IMG/VR virus record: IMGVR_UViG_3300006990_000025
DNA: 64,000 nucleotides
Source of the DNA: an uncultured virus (IMG/VR IMGVR_UViG_3300006990_000025)
Lineage: Duplodnaviria > Heunggongvirae > Uroviricota > Caudoviricetes
Reading direction: 5' to 3' (one strand)
Shown: positions 28,183 through 38,129 of the stretch, in pieces
How positions within the stretch are numbered: the first letter of the stretch is position 1
Layout: each line of letters begins with the position of its first letter
Program-made: the position numbers and the translations under genes
Notes under the pieces: model-generated
Database searches by the model: none
What the model saw: the letters and a program-made list of their open reading frames with translations, nothing else
What the model was told of the DNA's origin: nothing

Positions 28183-29386
28183 CTCCTGACTCCTTTGGCT
28201 TCACAATAAGCATTCTTTGGGGTTTGTGAATTTGTGTTCTCTTAATTGCCTCTGCTACATCATCGGGTAAAATAGGTAAAACTCTATCAACTGCGGCATT
28301 AGATAACGATACCATAGTTCCGAATACTGTTGGCGGCACTAACCGTTGCACTTCGGCAGGAATATATGACCTTCTCGTTTGTTCTCGCCATTCAACCGAC
28401 CATTTTTCGGTGTCTAACTTACATTCGGACACTGGCATTTGATAGTCAAAAATTTCAGTTTTGATATGATTGTCAATGTCTTTCTTTCTCTTTTCAAGCA
28501 TAGCCTTGCTTGCTTTGATTGTAGCCAATTCATCTAACAAATCGTCTGTATCTCCACCTAATGTAGGTGTTAGCATATCCCAAGCCCCGTTTTGCATCAA
28601 GTCCTGTGCTTTAGGACAAAGAGGGGCGTAACTGCACCACTGGCAACCTTTGCCGATAGTAGCCGGAACTTTAGTCCAGTCGCTTGAATCTATTGATTTG
28701 ATATTCTCATATTGACCATGAAGCCAGTCCTTGAAAGTTTCAAGTCTTTCATCCGACCAAACGGTTGATACTGTTCCATGCCTCATCAAATCAAAAGTGA
28801 ATTTCAAAGGTCTATCCGGCCACATTTCTCTTGCTACGCATAGGTAAATCGCCGCTTGTATGCTATGGTCGGCTTCACCTTGAGTTATGTCTAATCTCTG
28901 TGTTTTATAATCAACCAATTCAACTGTTCCATCAGGGTGTTCGATAATTAAATCAACAAATCCTAAAACTGGTGTTCCTGTTCTTTCAAGGAAATAAGGA
29001 GCAGTGTGTTGCCCGAATTGCATTTCAACATAGAGAACTCTAACTGGGTCACGGCCTCGACGGTCAAACCATCTCTTGAGCATCCTTTTTCCATCTTCAT
29101 AAAATGCCAAATCAACTTCACGCTTGGCGGATATTTCATTGTATAGTGTCATCAACCTACCAAACTTAGGCGGTGGTGTGTCACCATTCTCGTCAGGTCT
29201 TCGCCATTCTTCAAAAGCATCGTGAACATTGTTACCCATTCGCCCTGCTTGTGAACTATCCCTATGATTCCCAATATCCTTCAATGCCTGTGCATCAGCA
29301 GTAGGGGTTTCATAATGAAAACAATACTTCAACTTACAATCTTGAGCGGTCTTCAATCGGCTCGCTGAAATGTAAGGAACTCGCAT
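28157..29386 (-). CDS. PD-(D/E)XK RecB/Cas4-like exonuclease
   Basis: ISASRLKTAQDC, GFVDLI..VDYKT, QAAIY and CQWCSYAPLCP (1+3 Cys Fe-S staple). Confidence 0.9.
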   Translation of the reverse strand: MRVPYISASRLKTAQDCKLKYCFHYETPTADAQALKDIGNHRDSSQAGRMGNNVHDAFEEWRRPDENGDTPPPKFGRLMTLYNEISAKREVDLAFYEDGKRMLKRWFDRRGRDPVRVLYVEMQFGQHTAPYFLERTGTPVLGFVDLIIEHPDGTVELVDYKTQRLDITQGEADHSIQAAIYLCVAREMWPDRPLKFTFDLMRHGTVSTVWSDERLETFKDWLHGQYENIKSIDSSDWTKVPATIGKGCQWCSYAPLCPKAQDLMQNGAWDMLTPTLGGDTDDLLDELATIKASKAMLEKRKKDIDNHIKTEIFDYQMPVSECKLDTEKWSVEWREQTRRSYIPAEVQRLVPPTVFGTMVSLSNAAVDRVLPILPDDVAEAIKRTQIHKPQRMLIVKPKESGDEEKQETD

Positions 29387-29391
29387 TTAGA

Positions 29392-30288
29392 TTACTCCGT
29401 TGATGTAGCCTTATCAACTGCCTTCCAAAAGCGTTCCTGTGTTGGGTTCTCCAAACGGAACGGTTTACACGCTCTGGATTTCTTAATTGCAGCAAAATGC
29501 CTCGACTCCAATGAGCCACCTTTAGTGCGTTGTTGTTGAGTCATTTCAACTATCCAGTCAAATAACGGGTCGGTCATATCTGGTCGCCCTGCGGCCAATA
29601 CAACACGGTTCTCGTTAGGTGTTCCGTAGTTCTCTGTCTTAGTCTTCAATAAAACAGTTGATAGGAAATGGTAGCCATAGATTTCACCTGCTATCTTCAA
29701 TCTCTCATATGGAGAATAGAATAGTTTGTTGATTACCTTGTAAGCGTGCATTTGTCCTTCGGCATAAGCAGGTAGTGTCTTTTTACCTTGACTCATAGCC
29801 TCTTGTTGTCTTGAGAGCAACAACTCGCCTTCGGACATACCATGTACCGATGTTGAATAATGTTCTCGACAAGCCAAGTAATATGCACCTTCATTCTCCA
29901 TGACCATGACTCTAACACCATCGGGGTGTTCTTCTCTGTGTTGCCTCATCAAATCAATGAAAGCCATTGACATATCATTTACTTCGTCAGGAGTTCTGCA
30001 TACTTTTCTTAATATGCGGGGTCTAAGACTTGGTGCAACAATCTCATCTCTTGCTATCAAATCGGCTTGTCCTTCCAAGTCACAATCAACAATACACATC
30101 AAAGCCTCTTCGGGTTTGACCTGTGAGCCTTTTTCATTAAAGAATTGTAATGCGAAGGTGGATTTCCCGCTACCGGAGAATCCTTGTATCTTCATGTGTC
30201 TTGTTCTATTCTTAATCATACTATCGCCAGTATCACATGATGCGATAAGCGAAGCGTAGTTGTCAGCCTTCTTTTTACTTCGTGCCAT
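29392..30288 (-). CDS. P-loop ATPase (RecA/Sak4-like recombination ATPase)
   Basis: Walker A GFSGSGKST, IVDCDLEG; lies between the SSB-like and exonuclease genes. Start moved to Met8. Confidence 0.7.
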   Translation of the reverse strand: MARSKKKADNYASLIASCDTGDSMIKNRTRHMKIQGFSGSGKSTFALQFFNEKGSQVKPEEALMCIVDCDLEGQADLIARDEIVAPSLRPRILRKVCRTPDEVNDMSMAFIDLMRQHREEHPDGVRVMVMENEGAYYLACREHYSTSVHGMSEGELLLSRQQEAMSQGKKTLPAYAEGQMHAYKVINKLFYSPYERLKIAGEIYGYHFLSTVLLKTKTENYGTPNENRVVLAAGRPDMTDPLFDWIVEMTQQQRTKGGSLESRHFAAIKKSRACKPFRLENPTQERFWKAVDKATSTE

Positions 30289-30323
30289 AAGTAAAGAGTT
30301 AATACCCACCTATATAAGGGGCA

Positions 30324-30611
30324 TTAATCCCAAATCTCATTGAAGGTAGGTTCTCTTGCTTTACCTTCAAGCATTTTTGTTATCATTCTAAAGTTGGCAA
30401 TTTCAATTTTTCTAACTGATTCTAATTGACGGCCAATTCTTCTTGCTATGTGAGCAGGTCTTTCACCGTCACAATGTAAGTTTTCAGGAGAAAGTTTGCA
30501 GTCTATATCTAAGATATGTGCCAAGCATCTTTCTTTCTCTTCATTCAATTCGTAAATCTCCCAGTCTTGCAGGGTTCTGTTGGGGTCGCCTTTCATGCTT
30601 CTTGTCGCCAT
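30324..30611 (-). CDS. hypothetical protein
   Basis: 95 aa ORF with its own CTTATATAGGGG promoter (about 30631-30641). Confidence 0.7.
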   Translation of the reverse strand: MATRSMKGDPNRTLQDWEIYELNEEKERCLAHILDIDCKLSPENLHCDGERPAHIARRIGRQLESVRKIEIANFRMITKMLEGKAREPTFNEIWD

Positions 30612-30844
30612 GTTTAACCCTATATGATGCCCCTATATAAGAGTATCGCCTATAATAGGTGGGGGCAACCTTCATGTGTATGGCAAAAATACAAACCCAA
30701 ATCCCCCGAAGTAAGTTGTAAAGGTTGCACCCCATGTACGGGGGTGGGTGGCCGTCAGTAGTCTGGAGGGGATGAAGAAACCGCAAAAGAAACAAAAATA
30801 CCCGCCTTGATGAAGGCAACTACCAACGCCCGATAACTGGTTCA

Positions 30845-32014
30845 TCAATCCCAGTCGTCATCCCAGTCGTCATCGTCGCCAGTAGTCCATTCACCATCGG
30901 CTTTCGCTTCCGGCTTCTTGGAGGCATCAGTAGTACCTTTTGGCTTAGACGCTTGAGTAGGTTCTTCCTTGACTTCTTCCTTGACTTCTTCCTTGACTTC
31001 CTCTTCCGAGTCGTCATCGTCGTCGTCGTCAAGGTCAATAGTTTCAACAGTGTCATTGTTGAAGTATGAAGAAGCATCGTCGCCCGAATCGTCACCTGTG
31101 TTTGGTGTTTCAGGTTTTGGTGGTGCGATTGTAATAATTCCAACTGCACATTCTATTGTAGCCGATAACCCGTATTGGTCGGACATTGAAGTTGTTATCA
31201 GTGCCAATACTTCGGAGTATTTACCAAAAGCATTAGCAGTTGAAGATGAACAAAGAGCATTGAGTAATAGGTTTTCACCGGACTCAATTGCTTCAATAGT
31301 CATTGTTGATTCGTCTTTCAGCAACATTTTACCAAATGTATTACCTGTTTTAGACTGTTGAACACCCGAATAAGAAACGGTTGCTTCCACCATGCGGTAG
31401 TCATTTCTATTTCTGGATATATCATTTTCCAATTCAGCAATAGGTGTTACATCGTAAGTATCACGGAGTAGTTGAACCTTGTCACCATGACCATCAAACT
31501 CTTCCTCAACAAATACTGTCATACCCGATAGAGGGCGTAGGTCAAGAATATCAAGGTCAAGGTTTCGACATGAAACTGGCGCACTGTATGTTCCATTTTG
31601 AACAATGTCGTCAGCCAAAGAAGCGTCTTCATCCCATAGACCCATCTTGAAAAGAGCCGGTGACATAGTGCTATCTCCATCTTCAATTACAACAGAGCCA
31701 AATACATTAGCCATAGCACGGCCATTTCTTAGTATTCTGGATTCACAAGACCAAATATCTAAGTGAGCCACATAGGATTTTTGCCTTAGCATTGATGAGA
31801 GGTCGGACATAATACAATTCGCTACAAATCTCTGTGCGCTTGCAGTCTTGATTCCGCCTAAGTCAGCAATTGAATCTTTTAGTTCCTGTGCTTTTTTCTT
31901 AAACATTAGAGCGACGGGTTGTTCATCTTTGAATATCCCGTTTTGAACGCCCTTGTCAATGAAAGGTTGCAGTCTTTGTTTTACGCTTTTTGGTAGTGTT
32001 GCTTTTTTCGCCAT
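30845..32014 (-). CDS. RPA-like single-stranded DNA-binding protein
   Basis: OB-fold-like segments (FKMGLWDEDA; VSYSGVQQSKTGNTFGKMLLKD); long acidic tail ending DDDDWDDDWD; lies next to the helicase. Confidence 0.6.
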   Translation of the reverse strand: MAKKATLPKSVKQRLQPFIDKGVQNGIFKDEQPVALMFKKKAQELKDSIADLGGIKTASAQRFVANCIMSDLSSMLRQKSYVAHLDIWSCESRILRNGRAMANVFGSVVIEDGDSTMSPALFKMGLWDEDASLADDIVQNGTYSAPVSCRNLDLDILDLRPLSGMTVFVEEEFDGHGDKVQLLRDTYDVTPIAELENDISRNRNDYRMVEATVSYSGVQQSKTGNTFGKMLLKDESTMTIEAIESGENLLLNALCSSSTANAFGKYSEVLALITTSMSDQYGLSATIECAVGIITIAPPKPETPNTGDDSGDDASSYFNNDTVETIDLDDDDDDDSEEEVKEEVKEEVKEEPTQASKPKGTTDASKKPEAKADGEWTTGDDDDWDDDWD

Positions 32015-32065
32015 ATTATCACTTCGTATTCTGTCCTATTATCCACACCTATATGAATGAATATC

Positions 32066-34048
32066 TTAATCCTCATCTTCCATGTCGTCAATTTGAGCAT
32101 TTAGCATGGCTTCCCATAGTTCGTCATCTTCGGGTGCTATCTGCTTTGAACTTGTTTGAATATTCTCGATAACTTCCCTACGCTTGCTTAGTTTGTCGGT
32201 GGCTATGTTTTCACCACTAAACCATGCTGAACCTGAAAATAAATTCGTTTTATGCTTTGAATCACCAATTACTTCATCTATCAATGTCTTTTTGCCTTGA
32301 GGTCTAAGATAGGCAGGTAGGAACAGTGACCGCCAAACGCTTGATTGTTCTTTAGTACAACCGATTGACTTTAGATTATCTTTATCCGACCCTTTGATTG
32401 GATGAAGTATTTTTGCTTTTACTGCCTGTTGTAAAATATCATCGTATTCGGTTATTATCTCCGGTAGTTTGTTTCTCGCTGCTTCAACAAATAATGGTGC
32501 AAGTGCATAATCATCCATCAATCCTGCTTTGGATTTGACAATTTTGTAAGTCTTTCTGCCGCCGCCTCTGCCGCCGCCTCTGCGACTAACTTCAACCAAC
32601 CCTGCATCTTCTAAGGTTGGCAGGTGCTTTTCCTTCAAGGCATTCTTAGTGGTGCTAAAAGCGTGAATACTCAACCATTGTAGTATGTTGTCCTCTGTGA
32701 GAGAACGCCTTGCTTCTTGCATAGCATTCATTTGTTGAAATATAGTCCAAGTTCCGTCAGGTACACCCGACAAACTGGCTCTTAGAACAAGGTCACAAAG
32801 AAGTAGGCCAATGACATTATCTTCAATTGATGACAATAAAAATTCTTGTTCGTCATCTGTTTTTTGTACTGGCCGTTGGTTTTGATGCAACAAAGTAACT
32901 GCATCTATTATTGACAATACCTTGCCTATATCCCTTTGGTGTTGAGCATTTCTTGCAGGGAAGAAGTCAGCCATTAGAGGGGCGAATATGTTCCTAACTT
33001 TGTATTGAGTTAGTCCGAGCATAGACGCTTGTAGTAGTTTCAAATCTGGATGAATAGTAAATTTCTCCGGTCTTGCTTTTTGCATCAAAGCATTCTTAAC
33101 AACATTATCAACTTTCTCAACTGTGGTATCGGGAGTCATAATCAATTGACGGGTTATCTGTTCAGCCTCGCTTGGATTTCTTGTAGTCAGGGTGATAAAT
33201 GATGGCCTTCCTCTAATGATGAAGTCCTTTGTTTCTATTTCACCCGATAACTCATTCTTGATTGGAGTTTTCCAAACTAACTCATCATCGTCACCGCTCA
33301 TAATCGGTTTCATCTTTTTGATAAAAGCGTATGATTCATCCTTTTCCAAGACAACAATGCAACGCCCATCAACATTAACAATGAAGTTACCTTCCTCATC
33401 AATCTCATCGTAGTCGTACTTCAATGCCTCTTTCGATGCACCCGCTAAAACCATAATCATGCTCTTAGGAAAACCGTTTCTCGCCGTCAGGGTCATGTAT
33501 GTTTTTCCACTGGCCGACTGTCCTATCATTTCAAGATTAAGTGGATTGTCGGTCTTACAAGACAAGAAAACAAGGAAGGTTAGCATGAGGTTTGCATCAT
33601 CACCAACAAACGGTGTTTCTCTTGATTCGTGGAGGATTGAATTTACCTTATCGAGCAAATGTCTTTCTCCCAAAAAATTACTAATGGTATTCTCATCAAT
33701 AGACCCGTAGGTGCTTTCTTCACCTTCAAATGTTTCAGTTTCGACTTGAATTTTATCTTTCATTGGTGCAGGAGTATATTTTCCATCCCGAAGTATAGTT
33801 CCGGCTTGCAGGAAGTCATCTGTAAAATCTTTAGAATCAACAATACCTGCGCTCTTAGCAAGTCGAGCAATTGAATGTTGGGATAGGACATTTACCTTGC
33901 CCTGTGGCTTTTCATCTATCTCGACTGCAAACTCCATCCTGCCCTTTGTTGATGTAAGGAAGGTCAAAGATATGCTTATGTCGCCCGATTCAAACTCAAA
34001 TACGGTTGAAGATTCGGGGGATTGTTTTACTTCAAGGTCAGTCGCCAT
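32066..34048 (-). CDS. AAA+ (MCM-related) replicative helicase, putative
   Basis: Walker A GQSASGKT, Walker B-like IVVLEKDE, sensor FITLTT, Arg finger ITRQL, and a wHTH-like C-terminal segment. Confidence 0.7.
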   Translation of the reverse strand: MATDLEVKQSPESSTVFEFESGDISISLTFLTSTKGRMEFAVEIDEKPQGKVNVLSQHSIARLAKSAGIVDSKDFTDDFLQAGTILRDGKYTPAPMKDKIQVETETFEGEESTYGSIDENTISNFLGERHLLDKVNSILHESRETPFVGDDANLMLTFLVFLSCKTDNPLNLEMIGQSASGKTYMTLTARNGFPKSMIMVLAGASKEALKYDYDEIDEEGNFIVNVDGRCIVVLEKDESYAFIKKMKPIMSGDDDELVWKTPIKNELSGEIETKDFIIRGRPSFITLTTRNPSEAEQITRQLIMTPDTTVEKVDNVVKNALMQKARPEKFTIHPDLKLLQASMLGLTQYKVRNIFAPLMADFFPARNAQHQRDIGKVLSIIDAVTLLHQNQRPVQKTDDEQEFLLSSIEDNVIGLLLCDLVLRASLSGVPDGTWTIFQQMNAMQEARRSLTEDNILQWLSIHAFSTTKNALKEKHLPTLEDAGLVEVSRRGGGRGGGRKTYKIVKSKAGLMDDYALAPLFVEAARNKLPEIITEYDDILQQAVKAKILHPIKGSDKDNLKSIGCTKEQSSVWRSLFLPAYLRPQGKKTLIDEVIGDSKHKTNLFSGSAWFSGENIATDKLSKRREVIENIQTSSKQIAPEDDELWEAMLNAQIDDMEDED

Positions 34049-34170
34049 ATCTGTCAAGGTGCATACCCACCATTATGAATTAATCCTTCAAACCATTCTC
34101 TTTAGTTTATACATATATGTTATCTGTTATGTGTGTGTGTTAGTATGTGTTGTAGTATGAATAATTAGGA

Positions 34171-34191
34171 TAACCCCCCGTAGGGGGGTTA
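34171..34191. repeat. perfect 9-bp inverted repeat in an AT-rich intergenic region
   Basis: TAACCCCCC-GTA-GGGGGGTTA. Confidence 0.9.
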
Positions 34192-34299
34192 AAGAATCAG
34201 ACAATTGCAGGGTTTGAACCGTCAAGGTCTTTCAAAACTATATGCAAGAAAAACACTTGGCGACAAAAACACCAATTAATTGTAATCATTAATATTGAA

Positions 34300-34491
34300 A
34301 AAGATGTGCCTTGCCCGCCCGTTCTATCTCACCATCTGCCGCTCAACCGAGCGAGAGCCTTAACTGTCGGGGGCAAGGACTTTTTTGACACACTTTCCTT
34401 TCCGTACAGAGCCTCCGCCCATTCCCCCCGTCGAGGGTGGATTCGTAGGTTGTGGTCCGGTATTGCAGTCGTTTCATGTGTCGGCTACAAA
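34300..34491 (-). ncRNA. candidate structured ncRNA
   Basis: Promoter at 34507-34529 has no ATG at the usual spacing; GC-rich with stems GACACAU/GUGUGUC, CCUUGCCC/GGGCAAGG and CGCUC/GAGCG; ends in a U-tract. Confidence 0.55.
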
Positions 34492-34529
34492 CAATGGTAG
34501 TGACCACCCCTATATAAGTATATCGCCTA

Positions 34530-36380
34530 TTAGTTAGATAATTCCAACGCTAACTGCAAAGTCTTAGTCAAATCAGGTGATTCTCTTCCCACATTTAGTG
34601 TCATTGAAGGTGGGCTATCAACAGTCATATTCCACGACACACCCATGATTCTATGTATTCCTGATATTCCAGTCGTGGCAAATTCCATAGCGTCACCAAC
34701 TCTAATATCGAATGTTGAAGGTATTCCATCAACTGAATATCTAACCTTTGCCCTACCTATGTTTGATAACATTAGTTTGGCAAACCTCTCCGCTTGAATA
34801 TTATTCGTTATTGAAGATTCAGTAAATATTTTTTGAACGGGTCTTGTTGGATATTGTACGCTACCAATGTTCGGATAAGTAAAGTTTATTCCGGCAGTTT
34901 CATTTATCACAACTACAACATTGAAAAAATCCAAATCTCCTTTATCTTGCTCAACATAAGTTGGGTAAAAATCCAAAGGCTTACTTGTCCTTCCGGTAGC
35001 CGTTAATTCTCCACCCCTTAGAGGTTGTAAATTGCTATCCGCCAAATCTTGTAATATCCTAATGTTGATAAGTCCAGTTTTCTCTGCCCTCAAAGAATGT
35101 ATTTTTGGTGCGGAGTTCATGAATTGTAAAACTGATTGACATGCACTTAGAATTGTTTTATTTGCTACGCTCAAGGAGTTAGGAACAACTACATTTGATT
35201 CAACAATTATGCTATCAATTGGAATAGGAACGGAAGAACCCGCTATCAGGTTTTTTAGTATCGCTAAACCATCACTTGTTGAAATAAGTTTACTGGATTG
35301 AACTATTTCATTCGATAAGTAGCCCAATGTATCTAAGCAGGTCAGGGTGATTGACCTTGCCGTTTCTTGTATATCCGATACATAACCTGTGTAAATCAAA
35401 GGTGGATTAGCCCAATTATTCGGTGAAAGATAAACTTGAACTGTATCTCCGACATTGACAATTCCTTCCCTCCTTCCTTGAATGCTTGAAATTGAAATGT
35501 TCATACTGCGTGGTGTATTCAATCCTTCCGAGCATGATATTGAAGTTATGCCCTTCAATAACCCTAAGCCATTAACTACAACCATAGGGCAATTTGGTAT
35601 TCCTTCATCTTCCGATATTTGACCATAGATATTACGATACAATACTTGCCTTGACCGTGCAAAAAATACTCTGTGTTTCCAACCATTTCTCAACCCGCCG
35701 AGTCTAAGTGACTTCGGCCTAAATTGATATTTCAGTCCTTCGGGATTCCACCCGCCGTTTGTAAAGCCTAAATCCCCCAAATCAAATTCTAAGCCTCCAT
35801 CTTGAACAGAGGAAGGTTCACCGTTTGAAAATGGAGTTGTAGTAAAAGCAAATCCACCCCTTGACCCACCGCCTCTTCTGGTTGTCAAGTCATTTATGTC
35901 GCCAATTGGTGAAGATGAATAGGCGTGAAACCCCATACCTGCAACATCACCGCTACCTATGTTACCTCCCCCTCCAACGCCCGAAGCGAATATTTGGGGG
36001 TCAAATGGTCTTGGCACGGCTAAACTTGTGTAGCAAACTGTTTCTATCCTGTCTTGAAGATAATTACCGCCTATATCGGAAGGAAATGGTATCAAAGATA
36101 AACCAAAATCGCTCGGATAATGAATTGGCCGCTCCATCATTTCTTTTTCACTTACAGATTGGGCTATTGGGGTTGATAGTTTTTCATTCTCTTGGAGTTC
36201 ATGTGTTACAGTTTCAGCGTAGGTTCTTGAAACCCATCTGGCAATAGCAGTTCTTGGTATTCTGTGGTCTTGACCTATTTCCTCTATGTCCTGCTTCATT
36301 TCATCGGGAGGTAGTATGTAGGAAAAGCCGTCTTCCGGCTTCCTAACAATCCTGTTATACCTCTCAATAGCATCGGACAT
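34530..36380 (-). CDS. baseplate hub / Tal-like (gp27/gpD-fold) tail protein
   Basis: The C-terminal half shows a hub pattern: ITSISCSEG...VGDTVQVYL...IYTGYVSDI...ITLTCLDTLGYL...DIRVGDAM...HRIMGVSW. Confidence 0.7.
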   Translation of the reverse strand: MSDAIERYNRIVRKPEDGFSYILPPDEMKQDIEEIGQDHRIPRTAIARWVSRTYAETVTHELQENEKLSTPIAQSVSEKEMMERPIHYPSDFGLSLIPFPSDIGGNYLQDRIETVCYTSLAVPRPFDPQIFASGVGGGGNIGSGDVAGMGFHAYSSSPIGDINDLTTRRGGGSRGGFAFTTTPFSNGEPSSVQDGGLEFDLGDLGFTNGGWNPEGLKYQFRPKSLRLGGLRNGWKHRVFFARSRQVLYRNIYGQISEDEGIPNCPMVVVNGLGLLKGITSISCSEGLNTPRSMNISISSIQGRREGIVNVGDTVQVYLSPNNWANPPLIYTGYVSDIQETARSITLTCLDTLGYLSNEIVQSSKLISTSDGLAILKNLIAGSSVPIPIDSIIVESNVVVPNSLSVANKTILSACQSVLQFMNSAPKIHSLRAEKTGLINIRILQDLADSNLQPLRGGELTATGRTSKPLDFYPTYVEQDKGDLDFFNVVVVINETAGINFTYPNIGSVQYPTRPVQKIFTESSITNNIQAERFAKLMLSNIGRAKVRYSVDGIPSTFDIRVGDAMEFATTGISGIHRIMGVSWNMTVDSPPSMTLNVGRESPDLTKTLQLALELSN

Positions 36381-36389
36381 ATTGTATGG

Positions 36390-36599
36390 TTACTGGTTAT
36401 CGTTATTAACCATTTTAGGCATAAACGATTTACCCTCGCCTCTTTTACCGATGGTCGAAGTGTCAGTGGGTGTGGTGAAAGATTTACCTTCATTTCTCAT
36501 GCCTGTTAAACAATACATAATTTTCCCTTTCTCTGCATTCCACGCATAAACTGTGTCACCTACTACTAATCTTCTAACTGCTCCTTGTTTTCTGTCCAT
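36390..36599 (-). CDS. hypothetical protein
   Basis: 69 aa ORF with promoter at 36620-36641; internal repeat EGKSF x2. Confidence 0.6.
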   Translation of the reverse strand: MDRKQGAVRRLVVGDTVYAWNAEKGKIMYCLTGMRNEGKSFTTPTDTSTIGKRGEGKSFMPKMVNNDNQ

Positions 36600-36756
36600 G
36601 TTACAAGATGGGAGGCCACCCCTATATAAGACTACCGCCTATTTTTCCACCAACTTAGATTCTTATCCCAAATAAAATTACACCGACGACATTTTATCTG
36701 AATTTTATCGCCAAGTGAAAAACCTCTAACAGTTCCACCTTTGCATTTGGGGCATT

Positions 36757-37425
36757 TCACATTATCAACTCGTACTTCTCACTATAATTTATCTTTGGAA
36801 GGTCATCAAACCTTGTCTGTATTTCTTCCATGTGTTTCATGAAAAGTAAAACGGTTTGCTCAATGAGTTCTTCTTCATCAAGGTTTAAACTCGCCAAAGC
36901 CGCCCTTTCTTTATCATGTTCCTTCGCCATTTTTACACGGAAAATTTCTATATCCACATCTCTCTTTTTAATCCCAGTTTCAATGACTTTTTCTCCATAT
37001 TCATTGGTAACGATTTGTGAGTAACGCATTGAATCACTTGACTTAAATAAGGCAATCAAACGCTTTTCATATTCTTCTAAGTCTATTTCATCAGCAAGGT
37101 GTAATTTTGTAAGATTGGTTTTTGCTTCTTCAAGTTCCTCGTATTCTCGCTTCCATTCTAAGTGTTTCCTCTCCGCATCTTCAATAAATTTTTGGCTTCT
37201 TTTTTTATCTCTAAAACTGGATATAGCAACAAATGGAATTATGATTGGTAAAAAAACAACAAAGATGCATATATATGCAATTATTCCAAAAATTATAACC
37301 ACAAACATAAGTAAAAACCCTTGCCAAGCACCTTCAAGACTTCCTGTTACAAAAAAACCCAGTATCGGGAAAAGTAGTATGAAGATTAAACCTCCTATCC
37401 TGTCCTCTATGTCTTGTTCATTCAT
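36757..37425 (-). CDS. membrane protein with SHOCT-like motif
   Basis: Two N-terminal hydrophobic segments; LTKLHLADEIDLEEYEKRLIAL resembles SHOCT. Confidence 0.7.
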   Translation of the reverse strand: MNEQDIEDRIGGLIFILLFPILGFFVTGSLEGAWQGFLLMFVVIIFGIIAYICIFVVFLPIIIPFVAISSFRDKKRSQKFIEDAERKHLEWKREYEELEEAKTNLTKLHLADEIDLEEYEKRLIALFKSSDSMRYSQIVTNEYGEKVIETGIKKRDVDIEIFRVKMAKEHDKERAALASLNLDEEELIEQTVLLFMKHMEEIQTRFDDLPKINYSEKYELIM

Positions 37426-37529
37426 TTTTAATCACCTTATCGTATCTATCTAATAATATCTTAGCCAAATCTTCTTGACCCAAATGATGTATTATTGTGA
37501 TAGCATCTATTGCTATTTTACTTATTGAA

Positions 37530-38069
37530 TCATTCATCGTTACGCCACCATTCAGGTTTTGCTCTGTTCTTATTCCAACCAATAGTGGGTCGGTTTTTAT
37601 CTCTAATGTAATATTCTCTGTTAGCCTCAACGCCACATTTCCAAATCTTAGAATCTCTTAAGTCATCATGACCCTTGAAACATCGTGGTGGTTTTGATAT
37701 TTTACCTCGTTTGATATATCGTCTTAGTTTTTGAGAGTCAATCATCATCAAACCATTATAGCAATAATGTTCTTTACCAAATCTGGATTTAAACTCTTTA
37801 CACAATGCCAATCCCCATTCCAAGACCCAGTTGAAGTTATTTCTTGTTTGCATAGTCCACTTTGTCGCAGGGTGGTTGGGATAACCGCCTTTATGTGGTT
37901 CTCCGGTTGATTGAGCCAACGGTAGCAATTCTTGGGGGCATCCATTATCTCTAAGACTTTGAACAATCATTTGAGTTGCTTCACTTGGCATTTTGACAAT
38001 GTGAGGGTCGGCTAAATCTAAAGCCGCCAGTCGTGGGTCGTGGTTGGTGTAAAAAATATTCATACTCAA
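37530..38069 (-). CDS. pyrimidine-dimer DNA glycosylase family protein (endonuclease V-like)
   Basis: MNIF..DP..AA..L.D.HIVKM..E..QM and NHPATKW motifs characteristic of this phage family. Confidence 0.85.
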   Translation of the reverse strand: MSMNIFYTNHDPRLAALDLADPHIVKMPSEATQMIVQSLRDNGCPQELLPLAQSTGEPHKGGYPNHPATKWTMQTRNNFNWVLEWGLALCKEFKSRFGKEHYCYNGLMMIDSQKLRRYIKRGKISKPPRCFKGHDDLRDSKIWKCGVEANREYYIRDKNRPTIGWNKNRAKPEWWRNDE

Positions 38070-38129
38070 GCCTCCATGTATTCTTCAAAGATGTACTCTT
38101 CGGTTTCTATTCTAATTTTTAACACTAAT

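Noticed and set aside
28157..29386. Cas4 as evidence of a CRISPR-Cas system
   Set aside because: It is a stand-alone RecB/Cas4-like nuclease in a recombination block, with no cas1/cas2 or array.
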